From positions 1 through 17,688 of the forward strand of contig DAOWED010000075.1 of NCBI GenBank assembly GCA_030638685.1: a stretch of DNA of 17,688 bases. The letters run 5' to 3'. Below, in pieces: positions 6,927 through 15,416 of this stretch (positions are counted from its first letter, which is position 1; every line of letters begins with the position of its first letter). The stretch is from Candidatus Heimdallarchaeota archaeon. Its GTDB lineage: Archaea; Asgardarchaeota; Heimdallarchaeia; Heimdallarchaeales; DAOWED01. Under the pieces are notes generated by a model. It did no database searches, was not told where the DNA came from, and saw only the letters and a program-made list of their open reading frames with translations. Made by a program: the position numbers and the translations under genes.

Positions 6927-8865
6927 TAGTCGTTTCTGAAGCGCTTATCAAACTATCAGGAGGCGTCATTTGTTCGTTCAAACGAACTACCGTGGTATCC
7001 TCGAGAGTTTCTGTTGTCACAAAACCAAATAATTCTAATTCAGCTACTGACTTTCGGACAACAGCAGGATGCATGGTAAGCATACGAGCAATATCCTGTT
7101 CCTTTAATTCAGAACTCAGTCCGTGCAGAAGGAAAATAATCATGTATTTTTGATCATTAACAAGATAGTTTTGAAGATAGGAGCCGAGTTCTTCCAAATG
7201 AACCAATTCATTTTGGTAAGAAACGAGTTTTTGTTCTAACTCATCTTTAACCTCAACATTCATTGTAATTTTGCCTTCATATCCTGACAATTCCTCTTTT
7301 AGAGTTGTAAGTTCGGTTTCAAGAACGCTCTTTTCTTCAATCATCAGTTCATGTTTGGAAAGAGAAGAATTGAATTCATCTTGGATGGAAGTTTTTTCAG
7401 TGGAAACCGCATCATATTTTTCTTGTATTGCGTCTAATGAAGTAGTAAATTCCTCCTTTTCTTTAGCAAGAGAAGAATAGTCATTCTTTACTCGATTAAT
7501 TTCGCTTTCCGTTTCTGAGAGTGATGCCTTCAATTCGGTTAGTGAACTTTCATATTCAGCTTTTTGAGTTGTAGATTCCGACATAATGCGTTCTCTTTCA
7601 GAATCCCATTGGCTTTGAATCTTAGAAATTTCGGTTGGGAACACTTCTTCACTAACTGTTGATTCTGACTCCAAGGATTGAAGTTTTTCATGATAAATTT
7701 GATTTTGTGCATCCAAAGCAGTCTTCTCTGATTCTAATTGAGAATGGGTCTTTTCAAGTTCGGTTAATTTATTTTCCACTGAAGTTTTGACTTCTCTAAG
7801 CTCGGTTAACTCATCGTTCAATTTAGTTGTTTCTTGATCAAGATTAAGTAATCTTGTTTCTAAACCATTCTTTTCTGTAGAAACAGTTTTGTGAGCAGCT
7901 TCTAACTGAGTTAGTTTCTCATTCACTGAAATACTATCTGTTTCACTGCTCTCCATTCTTACTTTCACTTGTGAAAGCTCTAAGTTAAGAGTTCTAATCT
8001 CTTCATTCTTACTAACCATTTCATTTCTAACACTGAACTGTTCTTCCCTTGATTTTTCAAGTTCTTCTTGAAGTGATTTAAAAGCATCACTTTGCTCCTT
8101 ATACTGTTGACTGATTAATTCTCGTTCTCTATTGCTATAATCAGAAAGTTGATTCCTTAAGGTTTTTAGTTCTTCTTGTTGACGATCTATTGTTGCTTTA
8201 AAGCGGGAGATGTCATTTTGTGTATCATCAATGTGTGTCTCCCTATCACCTAAAGCTTCCTGCATCTCTTCTTGCTCAAGACGCATTTGCATCAAAGTTG
8301 CTCCAAGCTGCATATTTTGGCTTTCAAGCCTTTCAATTCCGGCTTCAAGATTAGTTATTTCTGAATTTTTGAGTCTATTTTCTTCACTCAAAGAATTCAT
8401 TTGGTCGACAAGATCCACGTTTTCAGTGGATAGATCAGAGACTGTTTCTGACTGTTCAACAAGAGAGGCTTGATATTGAGCTACTCGTGCTTCTGACAAA
8501 CTGCTTTCAACAGGAGATTGTGTTTGTAAACGTCGGAGTTCTTCTAAAAATTCAGCCTCTATAACGTTTCCTTGTGCTAGTCCTGTTTCAATTCCCTCGC
8601 GTATCTTAGAACCTGATTCTGTCTCAATTTTGAGATAAACGGTTCTTAAGAAATGTATCAAACCATCCTTAAATCGGTTTGAAATTTCAGCAATTTCAGA
8701 GGCAGGATATTGTGAAACTCCAGGAGTTAGTGAGCTTGCTCTTAATTCCTCAGCTTTAGCTCTTAACTGGTCTTCATGCAATAATCTTTGATCTCTCATA
8801 TCTTTCAAATAGTCAAGAATTACTTCTCGAATCACTGTTACTCTGATTTCTTGAAAATGTTCCAT
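6919..8865 (-). CDS. Long coiled-coil protein (648 aa) with an N-terminal helical domain and a C-terminal winged-helix (MarR/ArsR-like) domain
   Basis: Residues ~130-560 are E/K/Q/L/S/T-rich heptad sequence with recurring units, for example VNEKLTQLEAAHKTVSTEKNGLETR and VENKLTELEKTHSQLESEKTALDAQ. The C-terminus KYMIIFLLHGLSSELKEQDIARMLTMHPAVVRKSVAELELFGFVTTE..VVRL looks like a wHTH. GGTG lies 7 nt upstream of the ATG. Confidence 0.75.
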   Translation of the reverse strand: MEHFQEIRVTVIREVILDYLKDMRDQRLLHEDQLRAKAEELRASSLTPGVSQYPASEIAEISNRFKDGLIHFLRTVYLKIETESGSKIREGIETGLAQGNVIEAEFLEELRRLQTQSPVESSLSEARVAQYQASLVEQSETVSDLSTENVDLVDQMNSLSEENRLKNSEITNLEAGIERLESQNMQLGATLMQMRLEQEEMQEALGDRETHIDDTQNDISRFKATIDRQQEELKTLRNQLSDYSNRERELISQQYKEQSDAFKSLQEELEKSREEQFSVRNEMVSKNEEIRTLNLELSQVKVRMESSETDSISVNEKLTQLEAAHKTVSTEKNGLETRLLNLDQETTKLNDELTELREVKTSVENKLTELEKTHSQLESEKTALDAQNQIYHEKLQSLESESTVSEEVFPTEISKIQSQWDSERERIMSESTTQKAEYESSLTELKASLSETESEINRVKNDYSSLAKEKEEFTTSLDAIQEKYDAVSTEKTSIQDEFNSSLSKHELMIEEKSVLETELTTLKEELSGYEGKITMNVEVKDELEQKLVSYQNELVHLEELGSYLQNYLVNDQKYMIIFLLHGLSSELKEQDIARMLTMHPAVVRKSVAELELFGFVTTETLEDTTVVRLNEQMTPPDSLISASETTSD

Positions 8866-9050
8866 AGATTACACCTATTATGTAATTGTGTTTTGATCAA
8901 ACAAAGTGATATTAGATCTAAAATATTAAAGAATTCCGCAAAAAGCACTTTAGCTGAATTTTTAACAAGGGCTTTGCTAATCGATTTTTTACTAGTATTA
9001 TAAGATAATTAACTAAAACTAACTAAAAACTGGAGAGAATCCAAATAAGA

Positions 9051-9656
9051 TTACCATTCATCATCTTCTTTTTCTTCACTACCTGCTTCAAAAGGATCAT
9101 GAGCATCATCTTCTGGGATAATAGCGTATGGATCATCTTCAAGAATTCTTTCGATATTATCTTCCTTAACAAGTTGAGCTAATTTCTTGCGATGATTTGT
9201 TTTCTTTTTTGCTGTAGGGTTTATTTTCAGTTCAGGATTTTCAGTTATCCAGGCTTGAATTTGATCGAGTATTTCTTCTCGATCTAGTAAATCAAAGAAG
9301 TCATCATCATCTTCCAGTGTTATTTTAAAAATCCAACCAACGTATGGTTCCTCATTTAGCTCTTCTGGATTAAGCTTTATCTCTGAGTTTTCTTCAACTA
9401 TATTACATGGGAATGGAGATTTAACAACTAGTTCATCTTCAATTGAAGTAACCGTGAAAAACTCATCACCTTCATCAAATTCTTCACTCTCTGTGAAATA
9501 GATTGATATAATGTCCCCTAGAATCCTCTGAGCAAAATCAGTAATTCCTATGGAATACGAATCTTCTTCATAGTCTCGTTTTACCCATAAAATTTTATCA
9601 ATATAGGAAATGTCTTCTGGTAAATCTAAATCATTGACATCCATTCTTTTCACCAT
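9051..9656 (-). CDS. Glycine-cleavage H-protein-like (lipoyl-domain fold) protein lacking the lipoyl-lysine, with a basic/acidic C-terminal extension
   Basis: IGITDFAQRILGDII, SPFPCNIVEEN..LNPEELNEEPYVGWIFKI match GcvH blocks (VGITDHAQ..LGD, APVSGEIV..N..L...PELVN..PY..GWIFKI). The position of the lipoylated Lys (ESVK) reads TSIE, with E73 at nt 9438-9440. About 70 extra C-terminal residues end in ...EDDAHDPFEAGSEEKEDDEW. An alternative start at 9644 (MDVND) has GGTGA 5 nt upstream. Confidence 0.7.
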   Translation of the reverse strand: MVKRMDVNDLDLPEDISYIDKILWVKRDYEEDSYSIGITDFAQRILGDIISIYFTESEEFDEGDEFFTVTSIEDELVVKSPFPCNIVEENSEIKLNPEELNEEPYVGWIFKITLEDDDDFFDLLDREEILDQIQAWITENPELKINPTAKKKTNHRKKLAQLVKEDNIERILEDDPYAIIPEDDAHDPFEAGSEEKEDDEW

Positions 9657-9769
9657 TATGCTAAGATTTGCCTCTAATGAATTAATCGTAAAGGGGCTTT
9701 TAAGGAGATCGATTGACCTATAACTAGTTTTTGCCTACTAAAAACAATTCAGCCTTTTATATTTTTTCT

Positions 9770-10858
9770 CTAGATTTGCTCAGACAGATGTCTTGAAAAA
9801 GGAAAAGAAATTATTCCTAACAATATTACAAATATGGGGCCCAAAAACGTGTTTAGCAAGGTCAAAGCCCCCGCCTCAGACGGGGTTAATCCTACAAGTT
9901 CAAGGAACAAGGCGCTTGAAAGTGTTCCTCCACCGATTCCTGCGGGAGTAAATGAAACCATTCCAACAACCATTGCCACAGAAATAACACCAAGCCCTTC
10001 AACTAAAGTAATGGGTTCAGTGGATAGAGCATGTGATAGAAGAACAACAACATATCCTTCCAAGATCCATCTTAGTGTTGAGCATAAGTAAACGAATAAT
10101 AAGACAAATTTTTTCTGCTGTATTTTTTTAGTTGAAGAATAGAATCCACCAATTCCTTCTTCTACCCTTTCTCTATTATTTTTCCAAAATGACAGTTTCA
10201 TGGAAGTGAAAAATCGGTCAACTAACCCGTAGATCCAGCGGCCAAAAACAGGGATATTGATAATTAGAAAAAAAATGATCAAAAGCACTAAAATCATTAC
10301 AACCAAAGTATTAAGTGAAACTCTAACCAAATCCATTCGTTCATCAGAAAGATTAGGTAAGTTATCTGCTAGTAAATCAGGGATAACGAAAATTAAGATG
10401 AGCGTAAATGAAAGACCAATTACAACTATATCCGCGAGACGTACAATTAGTATTGCGGCAAGAGAGTGTGTGGGAGCGATTTTTGCTCCTCTATTAAAAA
10501 TTTCAACTGCCCCTAAATCGCCTGATTTTGCAGGGAAAATAACCCCTATTCCATACCCAGCTAAAAAAGTAATTACAAATCGATTAATTGGTACAGGTCC
10601 GTGAAGAGGTTTGAGAGCAAAATAGACCCGTAAACCTCTTAAAAACAAACTGGAAAGCATTAGAATTATTGCTAGCAGAAGAAATTTCCATTTTATAGAA
10701 AGTGAGAAAACTTCAGACCATTCAATCCTAATAACAAAAATTGTTAGAAAAAGAATAGCCAATAGGCTCATTATGATGTCTCGCCATTTATTGCTTTTAT
10801 AAAGCTTGAACTCATTTTCTTTAGTTATGTCTTGCTTATCTTGCGAAATGTAGATCAC
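9770..10858 (-). CDS. Polytopic membrane protein, flippase-like domain (UPF0104 / MprF LPG-synthase-TM-like)
   Basis: About 8 predicted TM helices. The N-terminal pattern (short cytoplasmic start, TM, W..v......KWKFLLLAIILMLSSLFLRGLRVYFALKPL) resembles the family signature with the conserved R after TM2. GTG start 16 nt after the upstream gene's stop. Confidence 0.55.
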   Translation of the reverse strand: MIYISQDKQDITKENEFKLYKSNKWRDIIMSLLAILFLTIFVIRIEWSEVFSLSIKWKFLLLAIILMLSSLFLRGLRVYFALKPLHGPVPINRFVITFLAGYGIGVIFPAKSGDLGAVEIFNRGAKIAPTHSLAAILIVRLADIVVIGLSFTLILIFVIPDLLADNLPNLSDERMDLVRVSLNTLVVMILVLLIIFFLIINIPVFGRWIYGLVDRFFTSMKLSFWKNNRERVEEGIGGFYSSTKKIQQKKFVLLFVYLCSTLRWILEGYVVVLLSHALSTEPITLVEGLGVISVAMVVGMVSFTPAGIGGGTLSSALFLELVGLTPSEAGALTLLNTFLGPIFVILLGIISFPFSRHLSEQI

Positions 10859-10874
10859 CGTATTGATTAGTGTA

Positions 10875-12203
10875 TTATTGCAGCATTGAGCTTATTTCTT
10901 TAAATGTTTGATCCAAGGCTTCAAGTGTATGATCCAATAAGTCCTTTTTATGTTCTGATGAAAGTGCACCTAAACCTCCTCTAACAAAGACACCTTTGTT
11001 TATCAAGCTCATCTGATGAAAAGTGTTCAAGTTTGGTAGGTTTGTTTTTTTGCTTTTTATTTTTTCTAATGAATTATAATTTATTGACATCAAAGAAGCT
11101 GCTCCTGATATTTTTACAGGTAAGGAATTATCACTAACCAAATCCTTTATGCTTTTTACGAAATCTTCACCAGTTTTGTTTAGGGTGTCATAGAAAGCAG
11201 ACCCTCTTTCTTTCAAAGCATTCAAGGTTGCTAATCCAGTAGATGAACTTAAAGGATTTCCACTAAAAGTTCCGCCTCCTACCCAGACAGATTCTCCATT
11301 TTCTGGATTAGCTATTGCCATTATCTCCTTTTTTCCACCATATGCACCGATCGCTAATCCTCCTCCTATAATCTTACCAAGACAAGTTAAATCAGGAGTA
11401 ACCCCAAAATAACCTTGAGCTGAAGAATAGCTTAACCGAAAGCCGGTTATTACTTCGTCAAATATTAGTACTGCACCATACTTGGTTGTTAAGTGTCTCA
11501 CTGTTTGTAAAAACTCTTTTGAAGCTGCTTCTACTCCACCTGATATTAACACCGGTTCAAGGATTACAGCAGCTATTTCATCACCAAATTGCTCAAAGCA
11601 TTTCTTTATTTCGTCAATATCATTATAGCTACAAGAAATAAGGTTTGGATCCTTCACAAGACCTCTGTACTTAACGCCAAATGGAGGACTTATATCTTTG
11701 AAAAGCTGGGAATTCCCTCCATGCCAGCCCCCTTGCATTTTAACAACTAATGAACGATGAGTAAATCCTCTTGCTAATCTCACCGAGTACGATGTTGCTT
11801 CAGAACCAGAACTACAAAATCTAAGTTGTTCAATGCTAGGTGTTGCTTTTCTTATCTCTTCCCCTAACTTAAGAGCTCGTTCGTTAACTGTTCCAAAATG
11901 GGTTCCTTCATGAGTTGCTTCTACTATTGCATCAATAAGTATGTCAGGTGTATGTCCTAGAATGTTGGAATAATGCCCTATCCAGAAATCTATCAATCTT
12001 TGTCCATCTTCTGTATAGAGAAAAGCTCCTTTAGCTTTTTTAATGAACGGCGGATAAAGACCTAATTTAGGAAAATCCCATGTTCTAATATTGTGACTTA
12101 TTCCTCCTGGAAAAAGGTCAACTGCTCTCTGCCAAAGTTCAGAAGAGCGTTTATTGTTGTTAAGATAAATTTCATTATTATCTAAGTTGTCCATACACGT
12201 CAA
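10875..12203 (-). CDS. Class-III PLP aminotransferase, glutamate-1-semialdehyde 2,1-aminomutase (HemL)-like paralogue
   Basis: FPGG...R, SSGSEATSYSVRLARGFT, FDEVITGFRLSYSSAQGYFGVTPDLTCLGKIIGGGLAIGAYGGKKEIM (PLP-Lys in LGKIIGGG) and GTFSGNP align block by block with E. coli HemL. The canonical PGGVNSPVRAF is replaced by PGGISHNIRTWDFPKLGLYPP, so the substrate may differ. The tracked start is TTG at 12203. An ATG alternative is at 12194. Confidence 0.8.
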   Translation of the reverse strand: MTCMDNLDNNEIYLNNNKRSSELWQRAVDLFPGGISHNIRTWDFPKLGLYPPFIKKAKGAFLYTEDGQRLIDFWIGHYSNILGHTPDILIDAIVEATHEGTHFGTVNERALKLGEEIRKATPSIEQLRFCSSGSEATSYSVRLARGFTHRSLVVKMQGGWHGGNSQLFKDISPPFGVKYRGLVKDPNLISCSYNDIDEIKKCFEQFGDEIAAVILEPVLISGGVEAASKEFLQTVRHLTTKYGAVLIFDEVITGFRLSYSSAQGYFGVTPDLTCLGKIIGGGLAIGAYGGKKEIMAIANPENGESVWVGGGTFSGNPLSSSTGLATLNALKERGSAFYDTLNKTGEDFVKSIKDLVSDNSLPVKISGAASLMSINYNSLEKIKSKKTNLPNLNTFHQMSLINKGVFVRGGLGALSSEHKKDLLDHTLEALDQTFKEISSMLQ

Positions 12204-12311
12204 ATTATGTGTGAATCTAAGCTTTGAAAGAGCTTTCTATTTTTCACAAATTGTTTATGGATTCTTTCTAGGAAATATCTTAAATGAGATGATTCAAAGT
12301 AAAATTAAGCT

Positions 12312-13997
12312 ATGGAATCATCGAATAAAAACGCCCTCAGAAAACAGATACTTATCTTCATCCTTCTTCTTGTTAATATCATAGTAAGGCTCCTTCCAAC
12401 TTTGAGTTCAAGAACTCTCTGGGGAGTGGATGCTTGGGACTATATTTATTATATTAAACAATCAATTGAGGGTTCCCAGATTATTTCTCCGGAGTTACAT
12501 GTTCCCGGTTTCTATATTCTGATGACATCCTACTGTCATATTGTTGACATCGATCCTGAAATAGCTTACCTTTTTCTTCCTCAATTAGTTCTAGGCCTTC
12601 TTACTTTAGAGATGTTCATTCTTGCAAGAGTTCTAACCAAAGATGATTCAGCTGGAATAATAGCTCTCCTTTTAACTAGTAGCGGTGGAATTTATGTTCT
12701 TAGAACAATGCTTGTTATTCCAGAATCTTTTGGTTTAAGTTTAATCCCCCTTGGTTTATGGTTATACTGGAAAATGCTTACTATTAGAACTAAAGAGTGG
12801 TCAATTTCATTTCTTATGATCGGTACTACTATTGTTTCTATGCATCATTTATCTGGAGGAGTTTTTCTATGTGCGATAAATTTCATTACTCTTTGGTTCA
12901 GTCTTAACAAGAACCATCGAAAAGATATTTGGGCAAAGGTTATCTTCTTGAACGTTGTAACGTTGATTATTTGGTCTATTACAAGCAAAAACTATCCTTT
13001 TATCGTTGCTCAAAGAGGGTCTCAGTATTTTCTAATTCTAGCACTAGTGATGATTGGTATTTCCATCATTCTTTTTTCAACTAGAGCTATGAAGCCTAGA
13101 GTAATCAAATTAATTCAGTCCGAACTCGTTCAACAATCTTGGTCTTACGTTCTATTCATAACAATTATTCTTCTTTCTTTATGGGTTGGCCTGCGAGCTG
13201 ATTTATCTTTCAAAGTTATAGCTTCATTTCTTCCTGTATCTCTTTTTATTCCCTTTACTCTTGTATGTATCCAAAAAGATTCATTTCAACTTCAACATGC
13301 TAGATCGTTTTTCCTTGGGATGATTTTTTCATATTTCATACTCTTTTCATTAATTGCCTTTAATCCATCAATACAGACACTATTAGGCAGATATGCAGAA
13401 TTCTTGATACAGATTGCTGTTCTTGGAACAGCTATGGGAGCTTCTATAAAACTGAAAGATAAGAACGGAAGGAGAAAATTATATGGATTCACTTTAGCAA
13501 TATTAATGATTACCAACTTTCCTCTTGCATATCCTGATCCCGACATTTGGATGGGTACAACTTTCAATTACTATAGTGAAGAATTAGAGGCAGCAGAATG
13601 GCTTGAAATAAGGATTGATGATCTTGGACTTGATCCAGAAATATCTATAATTGATACGGATAATCGTTTGGGAGTGATGCTTAGGGGGCACGTGGGATTA
13701 AATAGCAGTTGTGGAGAGCCAAGTGATAGCGAACTTGCTTACCTTATTCGTGAAAAACTATCTTTAATTGAAATTGCTTCATACCACTTTTCAAATCATT
13801 CTTTTATTTTCCTTTCACAAGTAATAGTGGATTCGACTTTTGCTATGGGTAAATTTGGGCATGGTCGAACTTTTTCAACAAGTGATATTGCACTTGAAGT
13901 AAGTTCCTACTTTATTTATGCCTTAAATCAACACCCTCAACTTGAAAAAGTGCTAGACTTAGGTAGCGTTTGGATATGGGAGATTAACAATAGCTGA
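12312..13997 (+). CDS. Large polytopic membrane protein with a C-terminal soluble domain, a possible GT-C-fold glycosyltransferase (PMT_2/ArnT/STT3-like architecture)
   Basis: About 12-13 hydrophobic helices are followed by a ~150-aa soluble domain. The first loop after TM1 carries the acidic/aromatic motif LWGVDAWDYIYYIKQ, reminiscent of the first-loop Asp motif of GT-C enzymes. No WWDxG motif is present, so it is not a canonical AglB/STT3. Confidence 0.4.
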   Translation: MESSNKNALRKQILIFILLLVNIIVRLLPTLSSRTLWGVDAWDYIYYIKQSIEGSQIISPELHVPGFYILMTSYCHIVDIDPEIAYLFLPQLVLGLLTLEMFILARVLTKDDSAGIIALLLTSSGGIYVLRTMLVIPESFGLSLIPLGLWLYWKMLTIRTKEWSISFLMIGTTIVSMHHLSGGVFLCAINFITLWFSLNKNHRKDIWAKVIFLNVVTLIIWSITSKNYPFIVAQRGSQYFLILALVMIGISIILFSTRAMKPRVIKLIQSELVQQSWSYVLFITIILLSLWVGLRADLSFKVIASFLPVSLFIPFTLVCIQKDSFQLQHARSFFLGMIFSYFILFSLIAFNPSIQTLLGRYAEFLIQIAVLGTAMGASIKLKDKNGRRKLYGFTLAILMITNFPLAYPDPDIWMGTTFNYYSEELEAAEWLEIRIDDLGLDPEISIIDTDNRLGVMLRGHVGLNSSCGEPSDSELAYLIREKLSLIEIASYHFSNHSFIFLSQVIVDSTFAMGKFGHGRTFSTSDIALEVSSYFIYALNQHPQLEKVLDLGSVWIWEINNS

Positions 13998-14020
13998 AAT
14001 GAACATATTTCTAGGCTATA

Positions 14021-14644
14021 CTATTCACCTAATTCTTCCAAGATCTTAGCTAACTGAGGAGGTAATGCTTCGTTTTCTTTAAGACGTGAAAGATCGCTTA
14101 TCAAATCAATGTCATACCAACTAGCGATGCTTTCAATTTCAGTATAACGAAAATGATTCTCTTGGAATTGAGAAAGGTAGAGACTTGCTGAATGGGGTCC
14201 ATATGAAAATCTAAAAGTTGTACTAGCTCTTGCAGCAAGTATACTTGTTCCACCATCATGAGAAGGACAAATAACCGCATCATTTACTCGAAGAAGATAA
14301 TAAATAGTTGTTAGTAGTCTTGATGAAAGGTTAGGGAGGTCACCCATCACTACTATGTATTTTTCCGGATTTAATTGTTTAACGGCTTTAGAAATTGCAT
14401 TATTTAGATCAAATCCTTCATCATAGATAACTTTGAAAGAATAGTCTGTAAGTTCATCCGGTAAATTTCTATCCGCGGTAAGTAAATAGACTTCATAAGG
14501 TATAGAAAGTTCATTTATTGTATCAAATACTCGTTTCGTCATAGTTAGAACTAAACTATCTATAGATTGTGAATTACTTGGACCAGAACGTAACCTTTGC
14601 TTTGAGCTCGATGAACCACGCACAGGAACCAGTATTGTTACCAT
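14021..14644 (-). CDS. cofC: 2-phospho-L-lactate (or PEP) guanylyltransferase CofC, F420 biosynthesis
   Basis: ILVPVRGSSSSKQRL (PVK...aKsRL), DEGFDLNNAISKAV, IVVMGDLPNL, ICPSHDGGTSIL, FSYGPHSASLY and YDIDLISDL follow the CofC/FbiD conserved block order. Start ATG lies 6 nt after the upstream gene's stop. Confidence 0.8.
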   Translation of the reverse strand: MVTILVPVRGSSSSKQRLRSGPSNSQSIDSLVLTMTKRVFDTINELSIPYEVYLLTADRNLPDELTDYSFKVIYDEGFDLNNAISKAVKQLNPEKYIVVMGDLPNLSSRLLTTIYYLLRVNDAVICPSHDGGTSILAARASTTFRFSYGPHSASLYLSQFQENHFRYTEIESIASWYDIDLISDLSRLKENEALPPQLAKILEELGE

Positions 14645-14650
14645 TCTTTC

Positions 14651-15415
14651 TCACTTTAGTCTATCTTTAATCTCACTAAATAGCAGTGGATTTGAGAGAG
14701 CTGCTCTACCTATAGAAATAGCTGAGATACCTATATTTAACATTTTTAGTGCAATTCCAGTTGTGGTCACAGAATTATTACCGATTATTTTTCCTTGAAA
14801 CAAATCAGCAAAGTCTTTAAGCTTTGTAAGGTCCGCTTCTGGTTTACCGGGCAACATCGCATCTACATGAAGAATGTCAACTGAAGATAAATCATTCACG
14901 AAATCTTTTGGATTTTGGATCACTGAACTTCTGATCTTTAAAGATAAGGGAACTTTTACCCGCTTTTTATATTCATTAATGAAATCATTAAGAAATGAAA
15001 TGTTTGATAACAAGTTTTGACCAATATTAAGTTCTAAAAACTCTGGTTGTCGACAATGAGCATTTAATTCTATAAAGTCAAAAAAAGGAGAAAGGGCAGA
15101 AGCTGCTTTTGCAAAGTTTTCAGGGGAAGAAGCACGGATGTTTATACCTTTCATTACTTTCAAATTCTTAAGTTTAGAAACTTCTAACTTAACTTTTGTG
15201 AGTAAACCTTCGATTTCTTCAACTGTTCCCCACACAAATTCTTTTCTCCCTCTCTTGATTATTTGCTGTGAAGCAAGCTCTGATCGAGCATCTACACTTA
15301 TCCCACCAAGTATAACCCCTTGAGCACCTTGAAGGACTATTTTTCGGCAAAAATCACCATCAGTATATCCCGTCATTGGTGCTAGAAATAGTTGAGGAAA
15401 AGTGGTTTTATCCAT
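14651..15415 (-). CDS. Dus/DHOD-like FMN-dependent TIM-barrel oxidoreductase of unknown substrate
   Basis: LAPMTGYTDGDF (Dus: LAPMaGvTD..fR), IELNAHCRQPE (Dus/DHOD: iDlN.GCP / ElN.SCP with the catalytic Cys), SLKIR (FMN-binding Lys), LHVDAM, IGNNSV and AISIGRAALSNPLLF (Dus: MiGRgal.nPwlF). I prefer the ATG at 15415 (MDKTTF...), 1 nt after the cofD TAG (15417-15419). The tracked start at 15451 overlaps cofD by 35 nt. Confidence 0.7.
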   Translation of the reverse strand: MDKTTFPQLFLAPMTGYTDGDFCRKIVLQGAQGVILGGISVDARSELASQQIIKRGRKEFVWGTVEEIEGLLTKVKLEVSKLKNLKVMKGINIRASSPENFAKAASALSPFFDFIELNAHCRQPEFLELNIGQNLLSNISFLNDFINEYKKRVKVPLSLKIRSSVIQNPKDFVNDLSSVDILHVDAMLPGKPEADLTKLKDFADLFQGKIIGNNSVTTTGIALKMLNIGISAISIGRAALSNPLLFSEIKDRLK

Positions 15416-15416
15416 C

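Noticed and set aside
7271-8473. Plus-strand ORFs 7271-7480 and 8210-8473, antisense to the coiled-coil gene
   Set aside because: They are Ser/Cys/Phe-rich antisense translations of an E/K/L-rich coiled-coil gene, so they are shadow ORFs.
8788-9003. 71-aa plus-strand ORF spanning the coiled-coil gene start and intergenic DNA
   Set aside because: It overlaps the 5' end and promoter of the minus-strand gene. It has no SD and a low-complexity AT-driven sequence.
9834-10604. Plus-strand ORFs 9834-10091 and 10257-10604
   Set aside because: They are antisense to the polytopic membrane protein gene. Their Ser/Thr/Pro/Ile-rich sequences are the typical mirror of hydrophobic TM-coding DNA.
12187-12384. 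65-aa plus-strand ORF bridging the hemL-like start and the GT-C-like start
   Set aside because: It covers a divergent promoter region and overlaps two better genes. No motifs.
13292-13567. 91-aa minus-strand ORF inside the GT-C-like gene
   Set aside because: It is an antisense shadow ORF.
14101-14283. 60-aa minus-strand ORF in an alternative frame of cofC
   Set aside because: It is out of frame within a conserved gene.
15138-15323. 61-aa plus-strand ORF antisense to the TIM-barrel gene
   Set aside because: It is an antisense shadow ORF.
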